The notes below the pieces were generated by a model. The model was given only the letters and a program-made list of their open reading frames with translations, had not been told where the DNA came from and did no database searches. A stretch of 38,194 bases of DNA, from positions 1-38,194 of IMG/VR virus record IMGVR_UViG_3300040771_000130; one strand, given 5' to 3'. Position 1 is the stretch's first letter. Every line of letters begins with the position of its first letter. This DNA is from a virus. Lineage: Duplodnaviria; Heunggongvirae; Uroviricota; Caudoviricetes; Crassvirales. Shown here in pieces: positions 9,972 to 19,271 of this stretch. The position numbers were made by a program, and so were the translations under genes.

Positions 9972-10726
9972 AAAATAATATTTTAATTTATAGACATGTA
10001 AGACTTGACACAAGTCAAGTATTCTATATCGGAATAGGTAACGAAAAAAGACCTTATTCTAAACACAGAAGAAATAGATTTTGGAAAAATATTGTAAACA
10101 AAACAAAATACGAAATTCAAGTACTAAAATTTAATTTAACTTGGGAAGAAGCTGTTGAATTAGAAATAATATTAATTTCTTACTATGGTAGAAAAGACAT
10201 TAAAACTGGTATTTTATGTAATATGACTGGCGGTGGCGAAGGTTCTTATGGTCGAAAACAAACTCAAAATTGTAAAGATAAAATTTCTAAAGCAAATAAA
10301 GGGAAAATAGGATTTAATAAAGGTAAAACTTTTACAAAAGAACATTGTGAAAAAATTAGTAATTCTAAAAAAGGTAAGAGAATCTTAGGTAATAGTAAAA
10401 AAGTAATTGATAAAAATACAGGTTTAATTTATGAATCTTTAATTGATGTTTCTAATATATTTAATATTAAATATTCAACACTTGCAGGATATTTAAATAA
10501 AAATATTAAGACAAATATTACTAGTTTTGAATATATTGAAAATTATACAGTAGGTTTTGATAAAATTACAAACAACATTAAAATTACAGATCATTATAAT
10601 TATTGTAATTTGTTAAAGAAATGGATTGTTACATATAATTCCGAAATTATTGCAAAATTCAAAACTGAAAAAGAAGCTGTAAGAATAGCTAAACACGTAC
10701 AAGATGAAATTTTAAATCAAAAATAA
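9968..10726 (+). CDS. Free-standing GIY-YIG homing endonuclease with NUMOD3 repeats
   Basis: N-terminal 'IYRH...FYIGIG...R...E..LI..YG...GILCNMTGGGEG'. Two NUMOD3-like repeats (CKDKISKANKGK, HCEKISNSKKGK) and a NUMOD1/IENR1-like 'KKVIDKNTGLIYESL'. ATGA overlap with the muzzle stop codon. Confidence 0.8.
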   Translation: MKNNILIYRHVRLDTSQVFYIGIGNEKRPYSKHRRNRFWKNIVNKTKYEIQVLKFNLTWEEAVELEIILISYYGRKDIKTGILCNMTGGGEGSYGRKQTQNCKDKISKANKGKIGFNKGKTFTKEHCEKISNSKKGKRILGNSKKVIDKNTGLIYESLIDVSNIFNIKYSTLAGYLNKNIKTNITSFEYIENYTVGFDKITNNIKITDHYNYCNLLKKWIVTYNSEIIAKFKTEKEAVRIAKHVQDEILNQK

Positions 10727-10752
10727 TCGTATTTTATAGCGTGTAAAAATAT

Positions 10753-10798
10753 AAAGGTATAGGTAATATTTTAATTAATATAATCTATACCTTTTTTT
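10753..10798 (+). terminator. Putative intrinsic terminator
   Basis: AAAGGTATAG (10753-62) pairs with CTATACCTTT (10785-94), followed by a T-tract. The loop is large and AT-rich. Confidence 0.55.
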
Positions 10799-10822
10799 AG
10801 TTATAAAATATACAATAAATTA

Positions 10823-10854
10823 CTAGGAATAAAACAAAAAATTTATTATCTTTG
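10823..10854 (+). promoter_or_regulatory. Bacteroidota sigma70-type promoter for the cargo/ejection operon
   Basis: TATCTTTG at 10847-10854 in an intergenic gap, in the same TTATTATCTTTGTA context as the 2994 promoter. The -33 element is degenerate. Confidence 0.65.
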
Positions 10855-10892
10855 TAGTATAACAAAGATAAGTTATAAAATAATATATAAAT

Positions 10893-12869
10893 ATGGATAA
10901 AAATAGCAGATTAACACAAATTAATTCAGGAGGATTACATGAAATGAATCCAAACGGAGGTGTAATGATTGGTCAAAACAATAGTGTGGAAGAAGGTGAA
11001 ACTATATCTAATGATTTTGTTTACAGTAATAGAATAATGTTAGACGCAAACATTGTGTCTCAATATAATTTACCTAAATCTTTAGTTGGTAAATCAATAG
11101 CTGACGCTACTAAAATGATTGACAGTAAATTTAAAGGTAGAAATGATAAAATTTCACAATCTACAAAAGATTTAATGTTATCTAAAATTGCTGAAGCTCA
11201 AGAAGCGATGAAACCGCAAGAACCTGAAATGGAACAACCACAAGAAGGTATGGAACAAGGTTATCCTCAAGAAATAATAGGTGATGGTCAAATGGCTTTT
11301 GGTGGATTTAAAAATAGTGTTATAGGTCAAGGTTTTGGTGAAGATGCTACTTCTGAACAAAAATCAGCAGCTTTTGGTGCAGGTTTAAATACGTTAACAA
11401 GTACTTTAGATTTAGGTAGAACAGCTTTTGGAAAACCCATGCAAGATACTCGTGGTTTAGCCGCTTCAGAAGCAGTAAATACAGGTGGTATGATTACTAG
11501 TACTGCTATGAAAGGTGCTAGTGCTGGTTCCGCATTTGGACCACTAGGTGCAGGAATAGGTGCTGGGGTTGGAGCTATTGCTGGATTATTAGGTAGTGGA
11601 AAAGCTAAAAAAGCTGCTATGGAAAATACTAAAAATTTTGCAATGAATTCTAATAAACAATTTGTTGATACTTATGCGATGGGTGGACTAATGGAAGATA
11701 TTGATCCTAAAAAGAAAATTTTAACGTCTAACGCTACAGTAAACAGTTTGTTAAATTCAAAACCTTTAGATAATAACAGTCTTAATTTTGATACTAAAAA
11801 AATTGTTAAATATCAACCTGGTGTAATGAATGATAAAATGGGTTCAGGATTTTATTTATATAGTAAAGAACCTACTGAAGCAGGTTTTGATTACAAACGA
11901 GATCGAGAGTTTGTTAAACAAGCTGAAATGATGGCTGTTCAAAGAACACCTCAATGGCAAGATTATATGACATCTCAATCTTTAAAACCTGCACAATTAG
12001 CTAAAGGTGGTAAATTAAAACCACTTGAATCATTTTTAAAACCAACAACAAATTCTGATTTAAAAATGTCAACTAATGCTGCAAGTATTAATGATTTTAA
12101 ATCACCAGTAATTAATAACTTAAATACAACAAAACCAACATTTGGTCAAGAATTAAAATTATTTGGTAAAGATGCATTGAATACAACTGTTAATGCAATT
12201 AAAAATGTAGACCTTGGGAATATTGCTAGATACGCACCAATTGCAATGAATGCTTATCAATTGTCAAAATTAGAAAAACCTCAAGGTGAGAGACTAGAAC
12301 GTTTAACAAATAGATATCGTCCTGAATATGTTGATGAAAAATCATTACAAAATATTGCAGATAACACAATGAATAATTCATTGAACGCAATATCTCAATC
12401 AGGTGCTTCTCAAGGACAACTTAGATCATCTTTAATAGGTTCTCAACTACAACGTACTAAAGCGTTATCAGATGCTTATATGAATGCGTCGTCTCAAAAT
12501 AGAGCGACTAATGATAGATCACAAACTTTTAATCTAGGTGTAGATCAAGTTAATTTAAATCAATCTAACACTGAAAAAGATATTAATGCTAGAGATCAAG
12601 CAGCTTATCGTAATGAAAAATCTAAATATTTATCTGAAATAGGTAATAATATTGGAGATGTTGGTAAAGAAGAAGTTTATAAAAATATAATTTCTAAAAG
12701 TATAGGTTACAAATGGGATGGAGAATATGTTAAAACATCTAACGGAGATGTAGTTACTGATCCATCTACAGGTAAACCAATGACTCAGGAAAGATTGAAA
12801 GAAATGCAATCTGCTGGTGGTAGTAAAAAAGCGTTAGGTGGATATTTAATTAAAAATAGAAAAAAATAG
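10893..12869 (+). CDS. crAss-like cargo protein 1-like virion protein (658 aa)
   Basis: N-terminal 'GGLHEMNPNGGV...VEEGET...VYSNR' motif, a glycine-zipper hydrophobic segment and repeated AxGG motifs. It follows the muzzle gene as in crAss-like genomes. Confidence 0.6.
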   Translation: MDKNSRLTQINSGGLHEMNPNGGVMIGQNNSVEEGETISNDFVYSNRIMLDANIVSQYNLPKSLVGKSIADATKMIDSKFKGRNDKISQSTKDLMLSKIAEAQEAMKPQEPEMEQPQEGMEQGYPQEIIGDGQMAFGGFKNSVIGQGFGEDATSEQKSAAFGAGLNTLTSTLDLGRTAFGKPMQDTRGLAASEAVNTGGMITSTAMKGASAGSAFGPLGAGIGAGVGAIAGLLGSGKAKKAAMENTKNFAMNSNKQFVDTYAMGGLMEDIDPKKKILTSNATVNSLLNSKPLDNNSLNFDTKKIVKYQPGVMNDKMGSGFYLYSKEPTEAGFDYKRDREFVKQAEMMAVQRTPQWQDYMTSQSLKPAQLAKGGKLKPLESFLKPTTNSDLKMSTNAASINDFKSPVINNLNTTKPTFGQELKLFGKDALNTTVNAIKNVDLGNIARYAPIAMNAYQLSKLEKPQGERLERLTNRYRPEYVDEKSLQNIADNTMNNSLNAISQSGASQGQLRSSLIGSQLQRTKALSDAYMNASSQNRATNDRSQTFNLGVDQVNLNQSNTEKDINARDQAAYRNEKSKYLSEIGNNIGDVGKEEVYKNIISKSIGYKWDGEYVKTSNGDVVTDPSTGKPMTQERLKEMQSAGGSKKALGGYLIKNRKK

Positions 12870-12870
12870 T

Positions 12871-14679
12871 ATGGCAAATAGATACGATTCAGGAAGCGTT
12901 TCAAAATTTAACCCTTTAAGCTTTCAAGAGTTATCTGCAGTTCCTTTAATGCAACGACAAAAACACGATCAACTAATAGCTCAACAAGAAATGTTAAGAC
13001 AAGGTTTAGCTAAAGTTGATCCTTTAGATGTTCATATGAATGAAGCGATTAACTTGAAATCCCAAATTGAAAATAAATTGGTATCTCAAGCAGAATTGTT
13101 GTCTAGAGAAGGTGTTAATCCAAATACACAAGGTGATTTTTTAGCTTTAAATAGAGAATATCAAAATATGGTATCACCTACAGGTAAACTTGGTCAAATT
13201 AATGCTGCTAAACAAGTATATGCTAAAAACTTTAATGATTTTGTAGAAGATGCTCAAAAAAATAAAGGTTGGTCTAGGGAAAGAGCTTTAGCTAACTGGG
13301 ATAGGTTTTCAAAACAATATACAGGGTTTGATAATGACAATATTACAAGTATTGGTCAATTAGGCGCACCTAAAAAAGTTGAAGTTATGGATGTGCTTAA
13401 AGATGTTAAAAGTTTATTAGGTGAACAAGTTGTAGGTGAAATGAGAGCTTCAGGATTTAATTTTAAACCAGGTCCTGACGGTAGTATGGTTATGGTCGAT
13501 AGAAGTGGTAGAAGAATTGAAACTTCAAATAAACCTAACTTACAGGCTGCTCAAAATCTTATTAATCAAAAGTTAATGGGTAGAGAATGGCAAGATTCAA
13601 TTAAATTTGAAGGTGAAAATACTTTAAATGTTTACAATCAACTTAGCTCAGGTATTAATAGTATGTTATCTAATAAAGTTGTAGATAATAGAACTGAAAA
13701 TGCACAATATATTGCAGCTCCTAAACCAGCTAAAGGAGAAACAACTAAAGGGTTATTATTTAATGACGCAATACAAGACCCTACTACTATTAAAAATTTA
13801 GATAAAGATACTGGTGAAATTAATTTTAGTAAAATTGGTAGTAAATTAGGAAGTACTGGCGGCGTTGGTTCTTCATTTACAATGGGTACAAGTGGTGGTT
13901 ATACTCCTGAAAAAGCAGGTATACAGACATATAAAGATGTTCTATCACCATTACAACAAAAATTTTATGAAACTGCTGCAAAAAGATTAACTACTTCGGG
14001 AAGACTTTCTAAAGGTGCGGATTTAAATAATCCTACAAATGCTGAAAAAATTGGATTTTATATGAAAAATTATATGAAGTTTCCAACAGTTGCATCAGAT
14101 ATTATTAGAGCAGATGTAGCTATTGATAATAATTTATTTTCAGGTAATTTAGCGTCTAAAGATGCTACTGCAAGAAATAGAACTTTAACACAAGATTTAA
14201 GACAAACTGAAAATGGTGCACCACTTAGAACAATGATTGACGTAGAAAGCGGTAAAAAAATTAAGTTTGAAACAGGTGATAAAGTAGACTATTTAGGTGT
14301 AGAATCTCCTATAAATTACAGTAATTACGGTTTTAAAAATAATTTTGAACAATCTACAATGGGTCATCGTGCTCAAATTTTAGATAAAAATGGTAATGTA
14401 AAAGCTAACGTAGTAATTAGTAGAACACCTAATGAAATGAAAGATCCTACATTTAAAAAGATGTATGAAATTAATCAATCTTATAAAACAGGACTTAATA
14501 ATTTAGGAGAATGGGTTAAACTTAGTGGTAAATATTCAGGAAGTAAAGAATTATCCAAAACTAAAGTTAAGGTTAATGATGATAATACTTTTCAAATACA
14601 GGTTGATGGTTATGAAACATCTCCAAAATTAAATAACGAACAGTTTATTCAACAAATGCAATCAATAATGGAATATTAA
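12871..14679 (+). CDS. Putative internal virion cargo protein (602 aa)
   Basis: Long Cys-free ORF coupled (1-nt gaps) to the neighbouring cargo genes. Confidence 0.55.
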   Translation: MANRYDSGSVSKFNPLSFQELSAVPLMQRQKHDQLIAQQEMLRQGLAKVDPLDVHMNEAINLKSQIENKLVSQAELLSREGVNPNTQGDFLALNREYQNMVSPTGKLGQINAAKQVYAKNFNDFVEDAQKNKGWSRERALANWDRFSKQYTGFDNDNITSIGQLGAPKKVEVMDVLKDVKSLLGEQVVGEMRASGFNFKPGPDGSMVMVDRSGRRIETSNKPNLQAAQNLINQKLMGREWQDSIKFEGENTLNVYNQLSSGINSMLSNKVVDNRTENAQYIAAPKPAKGETTKGLLFNDAIQDPTTIKNLDKDTGEINFSKIGSKLGSTGGVGSSFTMGTSGGYTPEKAGIQTYKDVLSPLQQKFYETAAKRLTTSGRLSKGADLNNPTNAEKIGFYMKNYMKFPTVASDIIRADVAIDNNLFSGNLASKDATARNRTLTQDLRQTENGAPLRTMIDVESGKKIKFETGDKVDYLGVESPINYSNYGFKNNFEQSTMGHRAQILDKNGNVKANVVISRTPNEMKDPTFKKMYEINQSYKTGLNNLGEWVKLSGKYSGSKELSKTKVKVNDDNTFQIQVDGYETSPKLNNEQFIQQMQSIMEY

Positions 14680-14680
14680 A

Positions 14681-17600
14681 ATGATAAACGGAAGAAAAAC
14701 ATACGATGATTATTTTAAAGATCGTGATAAAAAAAACGGAACTGTTCAGAATAAACCAAATCCAACATCTGGAATGTTTAGTAGAAATACATCTGGAGTA
14801 TTAGCTACTAATACTGATTATGGAAATTCTAAATATGATAAAAATTTAAACTGGGGTGCTGACATAAACCAAAACGATATTAGTGGATCTTTAAATGAAT
14901 TTAGATCTAAAGAACAAGGTATCTGGGATACTGCTGGCGCAGGCTTAGGTAGAATTGGTACTAAAGTAGGTGTTGAACTTGCTAAAACAGGAGCTGCAAT
15001 TGTAGGTACACTTGTTGGTTTAGCTGGAAATACTTCAGATTTAATTACAGGTAATGATGATACAGACTTTTTAGAAGTAGCTTTTAATAATGATTTTATT
15101 AAAGCTGCTGAAAAAATACAACAATCTGTAAATGAAGAATTTTTACCAGTATATGTAAGTGATACAGTAACTAATGGAAATTTTTTAGATAAAGTTACAA
15201 GTTCTGAATTTTGGGCAACAGATGGAGCTGATGGTGTAGGGTATTTACTATCTGCTATGGCTCCTGGAGCTGCTTTTAAAGGTCTAGGATTAGGTAACAA
15301 AATATTTGGTGGTGCTTCAAAATTAACAGCATTGAGATACGGTAAAAATGTTGAAACTGCTAGAAAGTTTTTAACTAAAGCTGGTTTAACAATCGATAAA
15401 ATTGATAGTTTTACAATACCTGCTGTTAATACTTATTTTGAAGCAGGAGCTGAAGCAAAAGGTGCGGGTGATGCAATTGAATCTAGAAAGCCTGAATTTT
15501 TAGATAATTACAAAATGAATTTTGACCAAAAAAATCCTGAGTTTATTCAAAAAGTTTCTAGTAAAATGGAAGCTTTAGATTTAGATAGACGTTCAGGTGT
15601 AATATCAGACATAGAATATAATTTGTTAAGTCAAAATATTGGTGAAGAAACAGTTAATGAAATGGCTGAATTTGCATTTAAAGAACAGAAAGGTAGAGCT
15701 ATGAGAAATACTTTTCTTACTAATTTAGCTGTATTAGCTGGACCTAATTATATTCAAGCTAAACTACTATATGGTAAAAATCCATCTAAAATAATGTTAG
15801 ATAAAATTACAGGTCAAGCTGTTGAGAAATCTGTTAAGAACACTGCTAAACAAGGATTAAAACGAGTAGGTCAATCATTTTTATCTGAAGGTTCTGAAGA
15901 AGTTGCACAAACATCTACGGAACAAAGAAATGTTAATAACGCTTTAAAAAATAAATTAAGTGAATATGCAATTAATGATATTGACCCGTTTACATTTGGT
16001 AAAGATTTTATTGAAACATTAAGTACTACAGAAGGTCAAGTTGCTGGGTTTTTAGGAGGTATGTTAGGAGCACCAATATCTATTGTAGGTGGTTATAAAC
16101 AAGATAAAGAAGATAGTGAACGTACAGAAAGATTACGTGCTAAAATTAATGGTCAATCTACTGCGTTAGACGATATTTATAATACTAATCTTTATGAACA
16201 AGAAGAATATGTAAATCCTGAAACTAATGAAACATTATTACGTGATAAAGAAGTTAATGGTAAAAAAGTATTAATACCTGAAAATGTAGCTAAAGTTAAA
16301 AAAGCTTTAGATTTACAAGAAGCTTTATCACAAGTATATGACCAAGCTGTACAAGATGCAGATACTGATATATTAGAATCTCTAAAAAAGCAAGCGGAGT
16401 TTAATATTATATCTAATTTTATTGGTGAGGAAGAAGTCACTTTAGATGCTTTAAACGAACATTTAAAAACTATATTTCCAGTAACTGAAAAAATGGAAGA
16501 TGGTTCAGAACTATCCCAAGAACAAGTTAAACAAAATACAGAGAATAAAGATAGAATTAGTAATGTAATTACTAAAGCTAAAGTATTACAAAAAGATTTG
16601 TTATCTTTTAAAGATATGTCACAATCTCTTATTAGATTAAATAATAAAAATGCTACACCTAAACAAATTGAAGAATTTTTAAATGGTGTTGGAAATGCAT
16701 TTTTATCTGAAAGAGCTGAAGAATTTGATGTAAAACAAAAGCTAGCTAAACTTGAAAAAGATCGTGCTGAATTAATGAAAGATTTACCTTTGGAAAGTAA
16801 AGGATTTTTTAAATCAAATTCTCAAACTTTAGAAGATTCTGAAAAATTAGCTAAAGTTAAAGAATCTAAAGTTAATGAAAATGGTTTTGCATTTTTAACT
16901 GACAATGAAATTTATAAAAATAACCCAAGATTAAATTTTATTAATAAACAGATTGAGACAGCTAAAAATCAATTAGAAGAATATAATAAAACTACTAATG
17001 AGTTAATTTGGAATAATGAATTTCTTAATAAACAATTTGATGCTAAAATCAAAGAAGATTCTGAAGTTAAAGAAGCGTTAAGTGAAGAAAATGTAGCTAA
17101 AAATGATGAAGCTATTGTTAAAGTAAAAGAAGCTACTACAGTTGAAGAAGTTGAAGCTATTGAAAAAACTACAAAGAATCCAGTAGTTAAAGAAAGAGCT
17201 GCTATTAAAAAAGCTGAAATTATTGAAGCTGAAAAATCTAAATCTGAACAAAAAATAGCTACTGCTACACAAGAAGATAATGACTTTAATAATCCAACAA
17301 ATTATGATGATTTAACAAGTACAGAAGGTTCAACTACTTCAGATGAACTTACACCTAAAGATAACGATAATAATTCAACAGAAGAACTTAAAAGTATTCA
17401 AAACACTGAAGTAGATAATGGTAAGGGTGTTAGAGTAATAAGTACAAATAGTGAAACAGGTGAAAAGTTTAGTTTTGTATCTGAAGAATATTTAAGTTAT
17501 GAAAGAAAACCTGTTGATAAAACAGGTAATGAAGTTAAATTTGAAATTAATCAAAATCCTGGTACAAATCCAAAAGTACTTGAAGCATTAGAAGCTTTTA

Positions 17601-19270
17601 ATAAAAAAGACTTTTCTAATCCCAAATTATTAATAGATTATTTACCTATTAATATAAAATTTAATAAAGATATTAGTGCTCCAATTGATACACGAAAAAT
17701 AACTGGTAAAATTAGTTCTTCTACTGAACTATTAAGAACAGAATTAATTAATAATTTAATTAATGGTGTAGATATTAAAAACATGTTTACAACTATTCAG
17801 GGTCAATATAAGGGTCTGTTAAAAGTTGATGATAATAGATTAGCTAATAACAATATTCTTCAATTAGACGGTGTTAAAGACTTAAAATATGTCCGTGAAA
17901 ATTTACACGTAGTAAATTCTTTTGGTAAATTACAGAATGTTTTAACTGGTAAAACTTTAGATTTTAACGATGGTAAAGTTAAAGAAAATGCTAAAGGTGA
18001 AATTTATTTAATGATTCCACAAGCTAACGGCACACCATTTCCTTTAAAGCTAAACATTAAAAAAATTAATGAAGCTGAAGCATCTTTACTTTATTATATT
18101 TATAGAGAAATCATAACTAATGATAAAGCTTTAAATACTACAGTTTCAGAAATTAGTAATGATTTAAAAGAGGCTATACAAACTAGTTTTAAAGCTGAAT
18201 TAGATATTATTGGTGGTAATAAAAATGATATTAAATTGCAAGAAATTATAGATTTATTAATATATCAATCTGATAATGTTAAATCTAAAATGCAAATTAA
18301 TAATGGTGTTTTATATTTTGGTGAAAATGAATCGACAATAGATACTATTGATAACGATATGAATAGTATTATTGAATACTTAGTTAATAGTAAAAGGCAT
18401 CAAATTAAAATTGATAAAAAATTTGATACCGATAATACTAAAACTAATTTAAAATCTAATTCTGCTGATTATCTTAAATATTTAATTGACAATTTAATAT
18501 TATCTACTAATGCTGTTGTTAATGAACCAACATTTCAAGGTTTTACTAATATTTATTTAAATACTAGTGTTGCTGTTTCTAATCAAATTAAAGCTGTTCA
18601 AACAACTACTATTACTAAAACTAACGAAGAGAAAATTGTTGAATTAAGAGCTGAAGAACAAGTTAAGAAAGCTGAGATTGAAAAAAGAAGAGAAACTTCG
18701 TTATTTGAAGGACGTTCAAGATTACAAAGAGAAAACTTTAATGAATATTTTAATGAAGTAAATTCACAGTACGATGCTGAACAGAAACAACTTTATGATG
18801 AATATGATAAGTTAATATCACCTTTATTAAATAAAAATACTAAAGTTTCAGAATCAGGGATTGAAGCTAATTCTGATAATTTTGAAGGTTTAGATTTTAA
18901 TAAACAACCTCAAACAACTACTGTTCAATTTCAACCTGTTGTATCAGAACAAGGTGTTGAAGTTAATGTAGAAGATACTGGTTTAAATAGTTTATTTGAA
19001 AATAATTCAGAAAATGTTAGGAATTCTCAAGAAAGTTTTGTACCTTTGTCAGAAATACAAGGTACTATGGAAAATACAGAGTTAAAAGAAACTCAAACTG
19101 AAGTTTTTAAAGAAGTTACAAATATTCCTTCAGCTACAGAAATGAGATTGTTAAATAAAGCTGCGACTATTTTTAAAAATAATCCTGAAAATTTAACAGA
19201 TTCTCAAAGAAAAAGACTTGAAGAAGCTGCGGTAAAATATCCAGAAACGTATAAAAAATTATGTAAATAA
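14681..19270 (+). CDS. Giant ejected/cargo protein (1529 aa)
   Basis: Several Gly/Ala-rich hydrophobic helices in the N-terminal third and long coiled-coils. It lies directly upstream of the virion RNAP. Confidence 0.65.
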   Translation: MINGRKTYDDYFKDRDKKNGTVQNKPNPTSGMFSRNTSGVLATNTDYGNSKYDKNLNWGADINQNDISGSLNEFRSKEQGIWDTAGAGLGRIGTKVGVELAKTGAAIVGTLVGLAGNTSDLITGNDDTDFLEVAFNNDFIKAAEKIQQSVNEEFLPVYVSDTVTNGNFLDKVTSSEFWATDGADGVGYLLSAMAPGAAFKGLGLGNKIFGGASKLTALRYGKNVETARKFLTKAGLTIDKIDSFTIPAVNTYFEAGAEAKGAGDAIESRKPEFLDNYKMNFDQKNPEFIQKVSSKMEALDLDRRSGVISDIEYNLLSQNIGEETVNEMAEFAFKEQKGRAMRNTFLTNLAVLAGPNYIQAKLLYGKNPSKIMLDKITGQAVEKSVKNTAKQGLKRVGQSFLSEGSEEVAQTSTEQRNVNNALKNKLSEYAINDIDPFTFGKDFIETLSTTEGQVAGFLGGMLGAPISIVGGYKQDKEDSERTERLRAKINGQSTALDDIYNTNLYEQEEYVNPETNETLLRDKEVNGKKVLIPENVAKVKKALDLQEALSQVYDQAVQDADTDILESLKKQAEFNIISNFIGEEEVTLDALNEHLKTIFPVTEKMEDGSELSQEQVKQNTENKDRISNVITKAKVLQKDLLSFKDMSQSLIRLNNKNATPKQIEEFLNGVGNAFLSERAEEFDVKQKLAKLEKDRAELMKDLPLESKGFFKSNSQTLEDSEKLAKVKESKVNENGFAFLTDNEIYKNNPRLNFINKQIETAKNQLEEYNKTTNELIWNNEFLNKQFDAKIKEDSEVKEALSEENVAKNDEAIVKVKEATTVEEVEAIEKTTKNPVVKERAAIKKAEIIEAEKSKSEQKIATATQEDNDFNNPTNYDDLTSTEGSTTSDELTPKDNDNNSTEELKSIQNTEVDNGKGVRVISTNSETGEKFSFVSEEYLSYERKPVDKTGNEVKFEINQNPGTNPKVLEALEAFNKKDFSNPKLLIDYLPINIKFNKDISAPIDTRKITGKISSSTELLRTELINNLINGVDIKNMFTTIQGQYKGLLKVDDNRLANNNILQLDGVKDLKYVRENLHVVNSFGKLQNVLTGKTLDFNDGKVKENAKGEIYLMIPQANGTPFPLKLNIKKINEAEASLLYYIYREIITNDKALNTTVSEISNDLKEAIQTSFKAELDIIGGNKNDIKLQEIIDLLIYQSDNVKSKMQINNGVLYFGENESTIDTIDNDMNSIIEYLVNSKRHQIKIDKKFDTDNTKTNLKSNSADYLKYLIDNLILSTNAVVNEPTFQGFTNIYLNTSVAVSNQIKAVQTTTITKTNEEKIVELRAEEQVKKAEIEKRRETSLFEGRSRLQRENFNEYFNEVNSQYDAEQKQLYDEYDKLISPLLNKNTKVSESGIEANSDNFEGLDFNKQPQTTTVQFQPVVSEQGVEVNVEDTGLNSLFENNSENVRNSQESFVPLSEIQGTMENTELKETQTEVFKEVTNIPSATEMRLLNKAATIFKNNPENLTDSQRKRLEEAAVKYPETYKKLCK

Positions 19271-19271
19271 T

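Noticed and set aside
10727-10892. Possible third intron around the 9968..10726 endonuclease
   Set aside because: No P/Q/R/S core elements are visible, the muzzle gene ends with a normal C-terminus, and the gap holds a terminator and promoter instead.
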